NCBI GenBank assembly: GCA_002633005.1
Contig: NMRA01000079.1
Location: forward strand, 804,077 to 868,076
Length of the DNA stretch: 64,000 nt
Direction: 5' to 3'
Origin: Phoronis australis
Lineage: Eukaryota; Animalia; Phoronida
Part shown: in pieces, positions 28,101 to 40,300 of the stretch
How the letters are laid out: each line of letters starts with the position of its first letter
How positions within the stretch are numbered: the first letter of the stretch is position 1
Program-made: the position numbers and the translations under genes
Notes under the pieces: generated by a model
Databases searched by the model: none
What the model was told of the DNA's origin: nothing
The model's input: only the letters and a program-made list of their open reading frames with translations

Positions 28101-28566
28101 ATACACAAACGGCATGGACGAACCACGTGTTGCACTAACAAATTTTGTCTCAGTCAGTGTCCGTCGAGAGCAAGGTTTGAACGGACCTTCCCAGCTAGGT
28201 GAAGACAACGTACGCAGTGATGCTCCACCGAGATACAACGATTTCCACCGCTACAGTACAGTGCAGTCTATTAATCCACCAACGTACGAGGAACTACAAG
28301 TGACACTTAACAACTACCCCATGAACAAACCGCAAGATGTCGTGCCACCACCACCGGCATACAGCGAACTTGTGCCTCCAACACAAACTGACCATTATGT
28401 GTCTCGAAGTGACCAATCTGAAGGAAATGGCTACAGCAGCGTCACCACCGTTGCAGCTAACTGTGCCTCACGGGACCTGGCAGCTCAGGGAGATAGGCCG
28501 CTGGGCCTGGGTGTAGACGTTAGTGTAACACTCGCGTCATCTACTCCTTACAGTGAATATGTATGA
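4476..28566 (+). CDS. Multi-exon type I transmembrane CUB-domain protein (CUB, MAM-like, Thr-rich, CUB, CUB, TM, PPxY tail), ~771 aa
   Basis: Manual splice model with GT-AG introns and consistent phases: 4476-4572 (tentative), 8893-8940, 9514-9659, 12674-12881, 17534-17670, 19159-19386, 20197-20365, 23623-23756, 24904-25102, 25931-26079, 26913-27117, 27971-28566. Sum is 2316 nt (772 codons). CUB signatures SPNYP/SPGYP, FxTExxYD, F(S)G and FxSD...GF recur three times, degenerate in the third. The TM segment is followed by RQRKRR. Confidence 0.85.
4925..5600. mobile_element. Older partial copy of the 36593-39086 element family
   Basis: Begins CAGGCCCGT; shares blocks (cttctgattcaaa, ggattgacatgca, taggcagt) in inverted orientation with 38340-39086. 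Confidence 0.5.
8434..8559. other. Assembly gap
   Basis: N run flanked by G tracts of a MITE. Confidence 0.99.
8893..8940 (+). CDS. CUB protein exon (VCFVPAGKCRGGHFS, start of CUB1)
   Basis: ttttcag acceptor and gtaagt donor; 48 nt, phase 1/1; supplies the CxGG..SG start of a CUB domain. Confidence 0.75.
9514..9659 (+). CDS. CUB1 first half
   Basis: GNLSSPNYPYPYPHDKVVSWTLTAPSTAKGFIQLCFNDFMTEKHYDSLT; tttttag / gtaagt boundaries. Confidence 0.9.
12674..12881 (+). CDS. CUB1 second half
   Basis: VYTAKTNP...LYRFSGSG...NVTLIFRSDSFLALRGFQLEYN; cag / gtaaga boundaries. Confidence 0.9.
13539..14331. other. Assembly gap
   Basis: N run. Confidence 0.99.
14795..15015 (+). mobile_element. tRNA-derived SINE-like repeat
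   Basis: A-box-like TAGTGTAGTCGG and B-box GGTTCGAGTCC, followed by a body with an inverted copy at ~49300-49478 (ccaggtgatca, tgggcccacatgcg, cagaccgcctgcaatt). Confidence 0.6.
17534..17670 (+). CDS. CUB protein exon, Trp-rich N-part of MAM-like region
   Basis: ttttccag acceptor, gtaagg donor; phase 1 to 0 bridges the flanking exons exactly; ...PVWWFFRSTWHLMSSW... Confidence 0.65.
18648..18942. mobile_element. MITE with long imperfect TIRs
   Basis: aattgacc...caagctccgcccc...aacaaacaataagtt at left mirrors aacttattgtttgtt...gggcggagcttgc...ggtcaatt at right. Confidence 0.6.
19094..19131. repeat. (GT)n microsatellite
   Basis: Directly visible, just upstream of the 19159 acceptor. Confidence 0.9.
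19159..19386 (+). CDS. CUB protein exon, divergent MAM-like core
   Basis: tctttcag / gtaagt; 76 open codons; GCIRVTFQISWPLSGPGGLELIYRS...LWQVAWQSPLG resembles the MAM pattern C-l-F-Y...G-L-V...W. Confidence 0.75.
20197..20365 (+). CDS. CUB protein exon, MAM-like C-terminus plus Thr-rich linker
   Basis: VAFRCTWGGMFGVRQISISDC followed by TRTTSTTSTTTTAT; aacag / gtaaag boundaries. Confidence 0.8.
21593..22574. mobile_element. hAT-like non-autonomous element with G/C-run subtermini
   Basis: CAGGGGCGGATCCAGG ... CCTAGATCCGCCACTG. No 8-bp TSD retained. A related end (GATCCGCCCCTG) lies near 4113-4124. Confidence 0.5.
23623..23756 (+). CDS. CUB2 first half
   Basis: GTLKSPGYPSEYPRLSNRRWKII...FRQFDTEHNYDILG; ctacag / gtacgt boundaries. 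Confidence 0.9.
24904..25102 (+). CDS. CUB2 second half
   Basis: VYDCEN...LLGSFSG...VELRFHSDSYLQKTGFIIDW; tttcag / gtgagt boundaries. Confidence 0.9.
25931..26079 (+). CDS. CUB3 first half
   Basis: SIFRSPGYPNSYPVRKTMSWVIQKDSEIYLLFEDFDTEKHIDKLM; ttttcag / gtgagt. An alternative in-frame acceptor lies at 25940. Confidence 0.88.
26580..26834. mobile_element. MITE family (other copies at 24426-24669 and partial at 49120-49290)
   Basis: TIRs CATGCGCGCACCC / GGGTACGCGCATG; shared internal aaaggtcc.cctcag, acgagaca.aagtccac and aaaggtcc.cat. Confidence 0.65.
26913..27117 (+). CDS. CUB3 second half
   Basis: VYELD...LLRTYSGQ...HVELLFITG...GYRGFQIKC; tttag / gtaagt boundaries. Confidence 0.88.
27971..28566 (+). 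CDS. Terminal exon: transmembrane helix and cytoplasmic tail
   Basis: ttgcag acceptor; VGLSIGVVLGFVCIVGAVVSAC then RQRKRR; PPRY, PPTY and PPAY motifs; ends YSEYV-stop. Confidence 0.9.
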
Positions 28567-31203
28567 AAACGCCTGTATAAAAGAAACGACACTAGTTTCG
28601 GCTATGAAATATGTTGCTAAAAATACCATGACCATAATTTCTGATAGTGTCAGTCATTCTCACTGTTGACAATTTTGGAAAAGAGTCTTTTGGCAGTTGA
28701 TTTATATTTTATGTATGATATCTATAGTCACAGCTAGGTATTGTCGTTCCTTTTACACTTGTATGTCGATGCGCTGGTTTCAAATCATATCACACTAGGA
28801 CAATTCTACACGCAGTATGTTTTTTCTTCCTAAGTTATATTGGCAGTCACGACTGATAATCCGGTTTCCCATTGGCTCCTTTTTCCCATCATTTACTATG
28901 TATAGAGTTCACAGCTGAGAGGTCATGTCGAAGATCTGCTCTTGGATAAGTCTGTGCACTTGTTCATTATCTATCATGGTGGTGACCGGCCTAATCTGTA
29001 CATTTTAAGTGTGTGCTAGGGTTGAGTATAAGCCAGCGAGCCGACCTGTCTTCAATCTAGATATTCTTGTACGGCCAATATAGATGCTAGAGGCTGGATG
29101 CTCATAGCCAATCAGCAATTACGTTACATGCCTTACAATCAAGTAGCGAGGTTTCTTGTACGGCCACTCCCACATTAGGTTGAAATACATACAAAGTGAT
29201 ATGCGCACACGAGCACTCATTTTCTACACCTACAATAGATTCACGTAATTCTTTTTCTTTGTCTTGTTTAAATTTACAAACGTTCCTTAAGTTATATGTA
29301 CATGTTATTTTCTATACTTAAAACCGTTACACGTTCCACTGTTGGTATTCCATAACTTTACAGCTTACTAGTAATTTATTTACGAAAATAGCATCCTCAG
29401 CTACTCCTTGCTTAAGTGTTTCAATCCCAAAGCGTCTTGAACACAACATGTAGCATGTTTTTGAAACCTGACGACCATTACGATTCTCCGCGAATTCACC
29501 TGCTGCAATGTGTACTAATAGGCTTTGAGATTTTTTGTGGCAACTCATAATTTTAACCAATATTAAATTAATCGAAATAGTTTAATACACGGAAATACCT
29601 CGCGTCATCTTGCGAAGTCGTGCTTTACTAGCGAGGCCTTAGCGTTATTGAACTCTACCCAGATCTCAAAAGCATCAACCGTTTATTGTAACAAAGTACC
29701 CACCATTCCTAATTTCAGACATCAGTTATTACAGATTATTAACAGTTTAGTGGCCAAAATGGTTGTTTTTGACAGAAGGCGGGCTTAAAAGTGCAACAGC
29801 TTCCATTTTATTTACTTGAAAAAGTACACCGCCCAAACTGTACCTTAAGCAATCGAACATTGATGTATGTATTTAAGCTTGGGTGCAGAGCGTTTTGTAG
29901 CGCGTGCATGTGAGCAACGTGCACATATTAAAAAAATATGTTGTACAGATGTTTAACCATGACTTGTGTTGTTTGTTTATTAGCATTGTTATTATTCTTG
30001 TTATGACGATAAATATATCATAAAACACAAGGAAGGGTTTGAACATTTACGCAGAGAAGTTTTAAAGTGACCATAGCCCGGCTCTTTCACAGGAGACTGC
30101 CAGCGCCCTGTTGTGAAAGTCAAACGCTTGCTGTCGCTCATTCGGTAAATGAGGTCAGGATATTTGGTTGAAAAGACAAAAAACACAAAAAACAATGCGG
30201 TACTTTTAAGTGTCCAGAGGCCATGTTGTGCCTTGAATTTCATACTACTCCCAGTTCCAATGCACAAAATGAAACTAATAAAAGATACCTTTGATGAGAT
30301 TACTCGTGTGTCTCGAAAACTTCAGAAATAGTTCTAAGAGGTACACGAAATGTTGCGACAGGTTTCGGAGTGCATGTCAAATGCTTTAGTAACAAAGTAA
30401 GTACGAATTATTTGGCATTATCCAAGGATTTATTACTAAATGGTGGCTTTTCCCATTGTAGGATATCACGATTCATTTTTGTCAATATATTAGCTATTTA
30501 TCACTACGTCATCATTTACGTAACAGGACACTGTGGTTTGTAATGTCATAAACGTATGAAGGATGGTGCTCATGTAATTTAAGAATCAATCGTTCGTTTC
30601 TCAATGAAAAAACTGTGATGATACCTTGTAGGCTGTAGAGAAAAATAAGAGAGATGTACAGTATATGTAAAGTAGAAGAAAGATAGACCTGCAAATGAGT
30701 ATTACGTGGGAAAAAACATGAGCACAACACCTACAACACGCCCAAAGCAGTTAAAGTCCAACACTTGTGCTGTTTAACTTGAGATTCCTTTTTTCGAGCC
30801 GAAAAATCCAACAGAATCCAATTTTGTGCGCAAATAACCCATACCCATACCTCGCCCAAGTACTGTTCCAAAACACCATAATTCAGCAGTAAAACGCACA
30901 ATACAATAAAATGCGAAATATTTTATTCTTCATCGGAATTTAGTACCATGTATGGGTTATTCCAAATGTTAAACAAGCAGGCTTCCCACATTTATGACAA
31001 TAATCGCATCAATCACGTGACTTTTTCCTCCACTACATGTACATGTATTTGCCGTGGGACGGCATTACGCCATATCAACTACCACCTTGTTTTACTTCGG
31101 TCGGCAACAGAGGCATAAAAGGCAGGGACTTTATCTGCGACCTTCATACTAGTGCCTAGTAACAGACGTTGACCTCGTATTTTCAAGTCATCAGTTCGCC
31201 AGC

Positions 31204-31346
31204 ATGGATGAATTAAGTGAATACAACGACCGCTTCAGACAGCCTGCTTTGGATTCTCCACTGACCAAGACGCGATTTTGTAACAAAGTTGTCATTGTGA
31301 CAGGGGGCGCTTCTGGCATCGGTCGAACAACTGTGGAGAGGTTCTG
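31204..31346 (+). CDS. SDR exon 1
   Basis: MDELSEYNDRFRQPALDSPLTKTRFCNKVVIVTGGASGIGRTTVERF; donor tg|gtaagt. Confidence 0.92.
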
Positions 31347-34300
31347 GTAAGTCGACAACACGGGCTCAAACCGAATCATGCAATGCCTGAAGTCTTGTAT
31401 ACATGAGTGTTGCAATAGTTGCAACTGCAGGATTGTAATCAAGTATCGTCCAATCTCAGCTTCTACAGTTACGGTACACGCGTATCGGCATGCACGATGT
31501 TGTAATACGACCCGGTATACAGTACAGTATATACACATACATGTACATGGCAATGAATTTGCTGCGGACGTGGTCACGGTCAAGGTTGTGATTGCGACAG
31601 TCTGTAATCTTATGTGAACCACGCTCAACGCATTGAAATGACTTTGACTTTGTGATGCTTCGTACATACACTTACACGTGCATGTATCCAGGCACATGCG
31701 TGCCAGACTTTGTGAAACCTGAAGTGCTTTCCTCCGAAAACAATTAGGTCAGTGACGCAGTGCTAGAAAATCGTAGCAGGGGAGCTACATGTAAAACATC
31801 AAAAAGAAACACAAACCTAAGTACAGTAACACAAATGGTTGTTGCAGAACGGGTAGATAACTTTGAACTTGATATTGTACATGTAATGTAAGCGGTTTCA
31901 AAAATGCGGATCATATCCGCTCAATAATATCCCTGCAAAAACTGAGTAGAAAAAAGGACGTACACCTGTAGCAGTTTTCATAATAAACTTGCCTTGTCTT
32001 TGACACTGAGAACTCCGCCAGACTCTACCAAATACAGATAAACGTCTTGCCAAAGTTACTATGCTGTCGAGCTTTTATCCCAATAAGATATCTTTTTCGT
32101 TGAATATTTGTTGGGGCATACTGTGACAGTATTGCGCCTTGTTGGTAATTGTTCATATCTGTAATTGACTTGCAAAACTAAATGTCGCGTTGGTAAAATA
32201 GATGTCGAGATTTATTCGAGATTTAGCCAGAATTGAAAATTATTCTGTTCCAGTCGAAATTTTGTGGGACGGAACTTCGTTGAAATTGGAGGTTGTCCAG
32301 TTTATTTTAAACTACCATACATGTATATCCGGGGAGCCACAGTTATAGCTTCGATAGGCTCAGCCATTCATCATGTCATGACAACTTCTTGGGTAAATAA
32401 ACAACGAATTTACTGGTATCTTTGTTTCTAGAAACTTAAATTACACGAAATAGGAAATAAATGATTCCCACACATATACCCACTTGCCTCGTTGATTTTT
32501 TCCTCACGAACTGTAACTCACTTAATCATTAACAGATCACACTTGGAATTCTCTCGATTTCCCATTGTCATTTCACTGAACAATAGGCGGACCATAGTGC
32601 AAAAGTACTACAGTAACAACCAGCATACCAAGCTAAAGTCTGAATGAAGTTCGTATGATATCAAAGATTCAATACTCTGTTAGTGAACCCGAGATATAAA
32701 AAAAGTTTATAAACTACGTGCAGGTGCTATGGTTGACAATTCTCCGAGGGCCATTTTGGCGATTGTTTGACAGTTTCAATTATATGCGAACACACTGGCA
32801 GGATCTCTACGTGGTAATAGTACACGTACACGTGCAGGACACTTACCCGAATTTGCTTTCTGCATATGAAACCTCGAAAATGTAAATGTGGTATGAGTGG
32901 TTATGCTGTTAAACCAAGTCCGATATTTAAAGAAAGGACACCAAATCCACTGGGCGACTAATACGTGGAGCATATTCATATCCTAGGCAATTCTTTCATT
33001 TCAGCAATGACGGCGCGTATGTTGCCATATTCGATATCAATACACTTTGGGGTAAGCACTTGGAAGAAGAACTCTTGTCGCAGGACAAGGAAGCGAAATT
33101 TTATTCTGTTGACGTCAGCGACGAGGGCCGTTGTGCTGAGGGAGTGAAAGCTGTTGCAGACGACAATGGAGGCGTTGTGCATTTCCTGGTTAACTGCTGT
33201 GCCTACTTTGGTGGTTTGCTTACGCGTGAGTAGTTGAGATCGAGTCCCAAGTGTTCTTTCATCGACTTGTGTTTTTTCAGACAGGAGAGAAGTAGATACT
33301 TGCTCATGGTGTTGCCTTTTCATGCACAATACAATACTACAATATGTTTTGTATTGACTCACCAGGTGCCTACCTTTACGTCATAGACTATGCATATTAC
33401 CGCACATTTCAGCTTGACATTGAACGAATAACATCTCATTTTAAGCGCGGGTTCTGGAAAGATTTTGTATTAATTGGGGATTAAAAAAACTCCGATCTAA
33501 TGGAATGCCAAGACTTCACCTGTCCGTATCAATTAATTTGTCATCGCTTTATTTGGAAAACTGTAAAAGTGTCGTTGCCGTCTTCCATACTGTATGTTCC
33601 CCGGATCTTTTGGGTTCGGAGTCTACACGCATGTGTTCCAAAAGAAGGTTATTCCTGTGAAGGATGATAGACCTCACGGGTTCCAAGAGTCCCACGTTCT
33701 ATGTGTTCCGACTTCACCAAATAATTTTCTATAGGGAAGCATAGAGCCAGGGGCTCAGAGAACACGGGACATGTTCCGTTTATCTTTCCATCATGTGTAC
33801 ATGTAGTGTATCCTTCTAATACGTAATTTTTGTTTCACTTTATGGAAACAGTTAGCATCATAGGTAACTCTCAAAGTGAAGGTGGACACGGCTTTTGGTT
33901 AAGAATAATCAAACGGCCGAATTAGAAATTTCACGTAATACTTGGAATGTTAATGGTTATAGTCGGTAGGTTGGATTTCCCAGCCTCACTTGACGTCTAC
34001 ATGTACATCAAAGCAGACCAGCCAGGCATGTGAAGTAGCGTTATAGTCGTAGAGTGATTAGTGCGCTAGGAGTTGAGTTAAGTTGGAATATTTTGACACA
34101 ACAGAAGCCCAATAGTACCATTTTGAGGTGAAAGAAAATATCTTATTATCTGGCGGTCCGTGATGGACCACAGTTGTTTTCAAAGAAATAAACTGGGAAA
34201 CGCCAAAATTCAAAAACGTTTCTGTGCACAAAGACACTGCTAAATATCTAGGTTGTTCCAGCTAGAATCCGTTCCATTTCTGGCTAAACCTCGACAGGAT

Positions 34301-37300
34301 CAATCAAATTACGCGCTCACAACCAGTTTGAAGGAACATTTTTGGCCTAAAAAAACAATAGGTAATAGCGCGAAATCAATCTCAAGGCATCCGAGCATTC
34401 TGCCGTTGAGGGAAAATCCGCGCGCTAAATAGCTCAGCATTTTAAGTGGAGTTTAATGATAAAAACGCCGGCATTGGTTTTAGTAAATCTACTGTATGGA
34501 AGACAACGGCGATTTGTAATAAAATCAAAAAGCAAAATACACTGTTTTTTAATAGCTCAGTGGTCAATATTAACCCCGAAATTGTGTTTAAAACGGCAAT
34601 GTCATTTTACAAGTAACTTCATAAAACAAATATAAATTTCATGAATTTTACCTCAGTGTAATAATTATTCACATTTTGCAGCGTTCACACTGACAAGCAG
34701 CGACACCTTACGGAAGACGTTAGAAGTCAACGTCATTGGTGTTTCCAATATGGCGAAAGCATGCCTTCCATTTATGGAGAAAGGTTTGGTTATAATTGTT
34801 TGGTCGTACTTACCAATTTGTGTCTAGTAAAATGCATTTGTATCCTCCTGTGATTCATTTTGTAGAGAAGAAACGCTTGGATAATATACACATGTACATT
34901 ACTCTGGGCATATCACCCACGGTCGTGAAGGGTTGATTAAAAATAAATATGTGTATTGACAAGCAGTCAAATTCAGCTCACACTTATAGTGACATGTAAA
35001 TTTATTGTGCTTGTCAGAAACACGAACAAGATATAATCGCACCACAGTCATCATCATCAATGCCCGTCACCCCTACCAGGGTACATGTATATACAGGTTG
35101 TACCACGAATCAGAGATTTCCATTTTGTTCTGTCCAGGTCTCTGATCCATATAACTACTGATTTCACGTTTGAGATGAACAATCTCAATTTTCTTTTCAG
35201 CGAGAGTTTCCTAGCTTTCCATACTTTCATTAGTTGGTAAAATGCAGTTCTGGCTTTGGCAATACTTGCTTGTATGTCAGCTTCGGTCCCCCCTTTTTAT
35301 CTATCTCGCTGCCAAGGTATGTAAAAATGTTAAACTTCCTACAGGATTGATCCATTTACTTCAATTGGTGTTTCTGTGTCTGGGGTTATGTTAAGAATTT
35401 TTGTCTTTCCACTGTTGATGACAAGGTCAATCTTTCATGCGGTTTTGTCCAGTTCATCTGTTTTCCTTCGCATTTGGCCTGCTGTGTGAGAGAGTATTGC
35501 ATTGTTATCTGCGTAGTCCAGGTCATCCAACTGTGTCCATACATGTAGACCGGGATCCCAGAGCTTTTTTGGGCATGAAAAGGTAACCAATTTTCTTTGG
35601 TGCCACAGTGCTCTGTGGGTATCCTGATGCTTGGAAATGGCCGTCTGGCAGGTTCGCTCTGGTGGGTGTGGTCAGGGGAGCCAAGAGAATTACACTAAAA
35701 AATTGAGCTAGATCAACTTTTCTGGTAACCACTTAAAACTGCCTTCAATACCTGCTACGTCATCCATTGTATCAAAATTGGTCACTGCCAGACAATTTCA
35801 GTGGTGGGGAGTACCCGCCAGACGAACATATACAGGGTACAAAAATTGAGCTAGATCAATCCAAGAGGTAACCGCTTGAAACCAGTCGCAAAATATTCAC
35901 CGTAAGCCCAGGTATCACGAATGAACACTGCCAGACAAATCTAGTGGTGGGTTACCCCCGCCAGACACGCCCAAATACCAGAATTGAGCTAGATCAACCC
36001 ATCAGGTAACCGTTTGAAACCAATTGCACGATGTTCAGCATCACTGAACATGGAACAACAGTTAGATGCCAGACAATTTCAGTGGTGGGGTGGCCCTGCC
36101 AGACGATTATCAAAAAGGGTTAAAAATTGAGCTAGATCAATCCAAGAGGTAACCGCCTAAAACTAGTTCCAAAATATTCATCGTAAGCCCAGGTATCACG
36201 AATAAACACTGCCAGACAAATCTAGTGGTGGGTTAGCCCCGCCAGACATGCCCAAATACATGAATTGAGGTAGATCAACCCTGAGGTAACCACATAAAAC
36301 CAGTTGCAAAATATTCGCCGTAAGCCCAGGTTTGAAGAATAGATACTACCAGACAAATATAGTGGTGGGTTATCCTCGCCAGAAACGCCCAAGTACCTGA
36401 GTTGAGCTAGATCAACACGGCAGGTAACAGCTTGAAACCATTTGCATAATGTCGAGCAACATTCTGCATGCAAAAAAAGATACTTTACAGACATTTTTAG
36501 CGGTGGGGCAGGAGAGTGCAGAGGTTTGGTCGATGTAGGGGCGACTTTTTTTAGACGCCCCTATCTCTCTACTCAAATGCATATATCCTATTCAGGCCCG
36601 TAGGCAGCATTGGGCGGGGGTGGTTCGAATTTCAAGAACGGTGGATCTTGGTATTTTGCAAACGTCGACACTGTAGAGTTTTCGGTGATGCCTTTGACGC
36701 AGCTTAATTAGGGGGAAGGGAAATCTGTATACATGATGACGACTCATGTTCATGAGATGAGACGGAATTTGTAATACCAGATACGAGGATGCTGTGACGG
36801 TTGCTCGAAACGAACGGGACACAAATTAGGATGTAATGTGGTCCAAAAAGAGAACATTCTCGCGTTATTTCCTGCCGAAGTTTCAGATCGGCCATGCTTA
36901 AATGAGTGATTACACCTCATTGCATACTCAGACGGAAATGTGAAGTCTAGGATTTCTGGTTTTATTTTAGCGTGTTACTTAAGTTGCTTACATCGCTGGA
37001 AATGGGGACATCCCACTATTTCGAAAGTTTACTACTCGGAAGGTTTACTGACTACTCCGAAGGTTCACTACTTCAACGATTCACCACTCCGAAGATTCAC
37101 CGCTCCAAAATATCTAAACTTTCAGACTCAGATGTAATTTTTAAACTTTTACATGCTAAAATAAACGATGTTTCGGCTATTAGATGCACCTATAACGAAA
37201 ACAACGCCCGGGCACTAAAACACTGTCTTTAGGTTTTATGTAGACAGTGACCACCGTCTCCAGCTGGCCAGCACAACCAGAAACATTAGTCAGATTTCAT

Positions 37301-40300
37301 GCACATGCGAAATTGCCCGCATGCCTTAAAATGAGTACGCACTTGCATTTTAAAATGATATGAAGTAGGAATACTGATGAATTATCAGCCATGACACAAT
37401 TCATCAAATCCATGTCAAGATCGAATCGCAGCGCGACGCACACAGCCTGGTCGAAATTAAATGAAGTTACTAGGCCACCCTGTCCCTGCCAGTCCTCACG
37501 AAGTCAGGGAGTCCCATTTAGTCTTCTTAAATTTGAAACCGCCGTTGGTCGCCGCAGCCGTGCCCCAGATGTTGTCTCTGCTTGAGAATGAGTCGTGATC
37601 ACACAACCAAAGTAGTGAACTGTCGGAATTCTGGGCCCAGTCTCGAATCTTTTTACTCGAAATGGAACTCGAAATAATGTTTGGCATTTTTAATCTACTT
37701 TTGTGCGAACTCAAGATAAGTGTCCATTACTCAATGCTCGAATACATAATGACTTACGTGGATGATTGATTAGTCCTAGTTTGCAGTTGACAAATTCAAC
37801 ATTAAACCTAAAAGTTTGAGTTTAAACTCGAAGTTTCGAGTTTTTGCTCGAGTTTGTAGCACGCATATAAGGGTTTTTAAGTGCAAACTTGGACTAGAAA
37901 CTCATATGCATGAACTATAATTATTCGAGCACAATCTGATAACCACTTATCTTGAGTTCGCACAAAAAGAGCAGAGAAATTGCCAAAAATAATTTCCAGT
38001 TCGTTTTGAGTACAAAGAATAGGACCGGGCCCAGGGTTTGGAATAGTGGAAATTCAAAGTAGTGATCTTTAGAAGATAACGAACCTTCGGAGTAATGGGC
38101 ATTTTGAGTACTGGACCTTCGGAGTATTGAACCTTCGTCATAGTGACATGGAACCCTGGAAATCTTTTCCATCTAGTTTGTGGCTCGTATGAAGTCTGCA
38201 GGGTTGTGCACCATTGAAATGATTGACTAGAGAAGATTTTCATTGACCAAAGTTGAGGTCTATGCCTACCTTTCCATCATAACGTGAAAATGCTCAACGG
38301 TGTATTCTCAGTGCAAGAAAACACAGTAGTTGAAGGTCTGGCTTTTAGCACGACGGAGGACTGCCTATAATGAACTTACTGTCAGCATGTACTGAATTTA
38401 AAAGAACAGAAACGTTCAAAGGTGTACACGCATGCATGTCAATCCATCAATCAACAATCAAAGTGGACACTGGTTGAACAACATATTTGCATATTTGACG
38501 ATCACTTTCAATTCAAAATTTGAAAAAGCCTATACTTCTACCGTACTATGGTTGCAATTAAACCAAAAATAGCAGAAAAACAAATCTCAATTTTTCTGCT
38601 GTTTTGTTTCTTGGCCGAGTTTAAGGCATTCACTCCGCACTACTTTTTGGGAGTTCTCTCGTTGTTATTTACAATAACATGAAGCTTACTTAGGTCTTTG
38701 GGCTAGAATTTTATGCTTAGGTATAGACATTAACTTCTGGACTCACTTGTTACCCTTTGTTTTAGCCACTACGGGCTTGGTTTATGAATAACATAAAGCC
38801 TCCTCTTATCGTATGCACAATCCTGTCATCTACACAAACAGCTGCACTTGGGCGAAGTTTGCCGAGTTCGGTCCGACGCCACGTGACGCTGTTTGAATCA
38901 GAAGCGAACTCAAAATTATTGATAACTTAGTTATCATTGTAGTTAGCACCAGTAGCTGCAACAATTTTGTTGTTATTGTCCAATTAAACCCTATCTTTAA
39001 CGAATATGCTGGGGGTGGACCTTTTCAGCGGGGTCGGGGGTTCGATCGAACCCCCCGAACCCTCCCCCCTACTGACTATGGGCCTGTATTATTTATAATA
39101 AAAGTAAAAAATGGTGAAGCATAAACTAGATTCTTTATTTAATTCAACTGCAATTCAGTCACTATTTCCAAAAATATTATACATAGTGGTTGGATACCCC
39201 CTTCCCCAATGTGGATGCCCGGGTCCGTCGCCGCGGTGGCTGAGCACCATATACAACATCTATGAATAATGAATTCGAACGTGTTTTATATTAACTATGA
39301 AGACAAAAAGCGAACAGTTCCATTGCCCGCATATCTGTGAAATGATTGTCAATCTAACTAAAATGAAAAATTAATAGGACTCGTTGTACCCACGAATCAG
39401 TTGTGAATAACATATTCGCAACATGAACAGAATTTTTTATCTACGTTACAGCTTTGATAGTTTCCACGAAATCTAACACGACCATACGTACCCAATATCA
39501 CGTGCCGCAGAGGTGTTTTCAGCCTTTTTGGAGAACACCATATCGAACATAAAAAATACAGACTGTTTCAAAGAGAGGTCAACAGCCGATCTATTGAAGT
39601 TCTTCCTCGTACGTAGCACTGAGAACGCACCGTTTTCCAGCGCTTCACGTAATATTGGGTTTGCCAATTTCAACTTTTGGTAAAACAATGTTCCCCATCT
39701 GGCGTAGTTTGGGCGGTTCAGGGCAAAGAATACATCTAGCATAGTCGGGAAAATGTTGATATAGCCACTGAAGTCATTGTTCTTGACGCATCTCTGGAGT
39801 TCTCTGTGGGCTCGGTTTATGAGAAAGACGAAGATTGCCAAAAACTGACCAGTTTTGCCAAATTTGCCATTAATCACTGTGTGAAATGAAGGTAGATGGC
39901 GCGCAAACATAACGCAGGCGACAGCAAAAGACGGAATTTTGGTTATTATTCCTTTTAGCAGTTGCATCAAATGACTCGTCCGAAAACAAAAGGACGCAGT
40001 TTAGACTGGTAAAATAGGACAACGAAAAATGGAAATTAGTGCAAACACAATGTGATATCCGTCTTGGACGGGTTTTTAGGTTTTGTTTTTAATAGTGAAT
40101 TATGTGGAGTAATCCGCTGTTTTCGCATGGACTTGTGAGGTCGCTCCAACCTCAGGCGCGATTTTTCTGGTTTTCATGCCCTGACATAAACTTGCTGACA
40201 AAAATCTCTCACCTTGTGCGGTGACCTATGTCGTACAGACTTAGTGGCTGTATTGAAAATTGAAGTGCCTGGTTCCTGATTGTGATGCTTATTCAGCGTG

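Noticed and set aside
31191-31697. 168-aa minus-strand ORF
   Set aside because: Antisense shadow of SDR exon 1 plus intron.
35690-36500. Regularly spaced repeats resembling a CRISPR array
   Set aside because: The intervening sequences are homologous to each other, the array is mirrored in a TIR, no cas genes are present and the context is eukaryotic.
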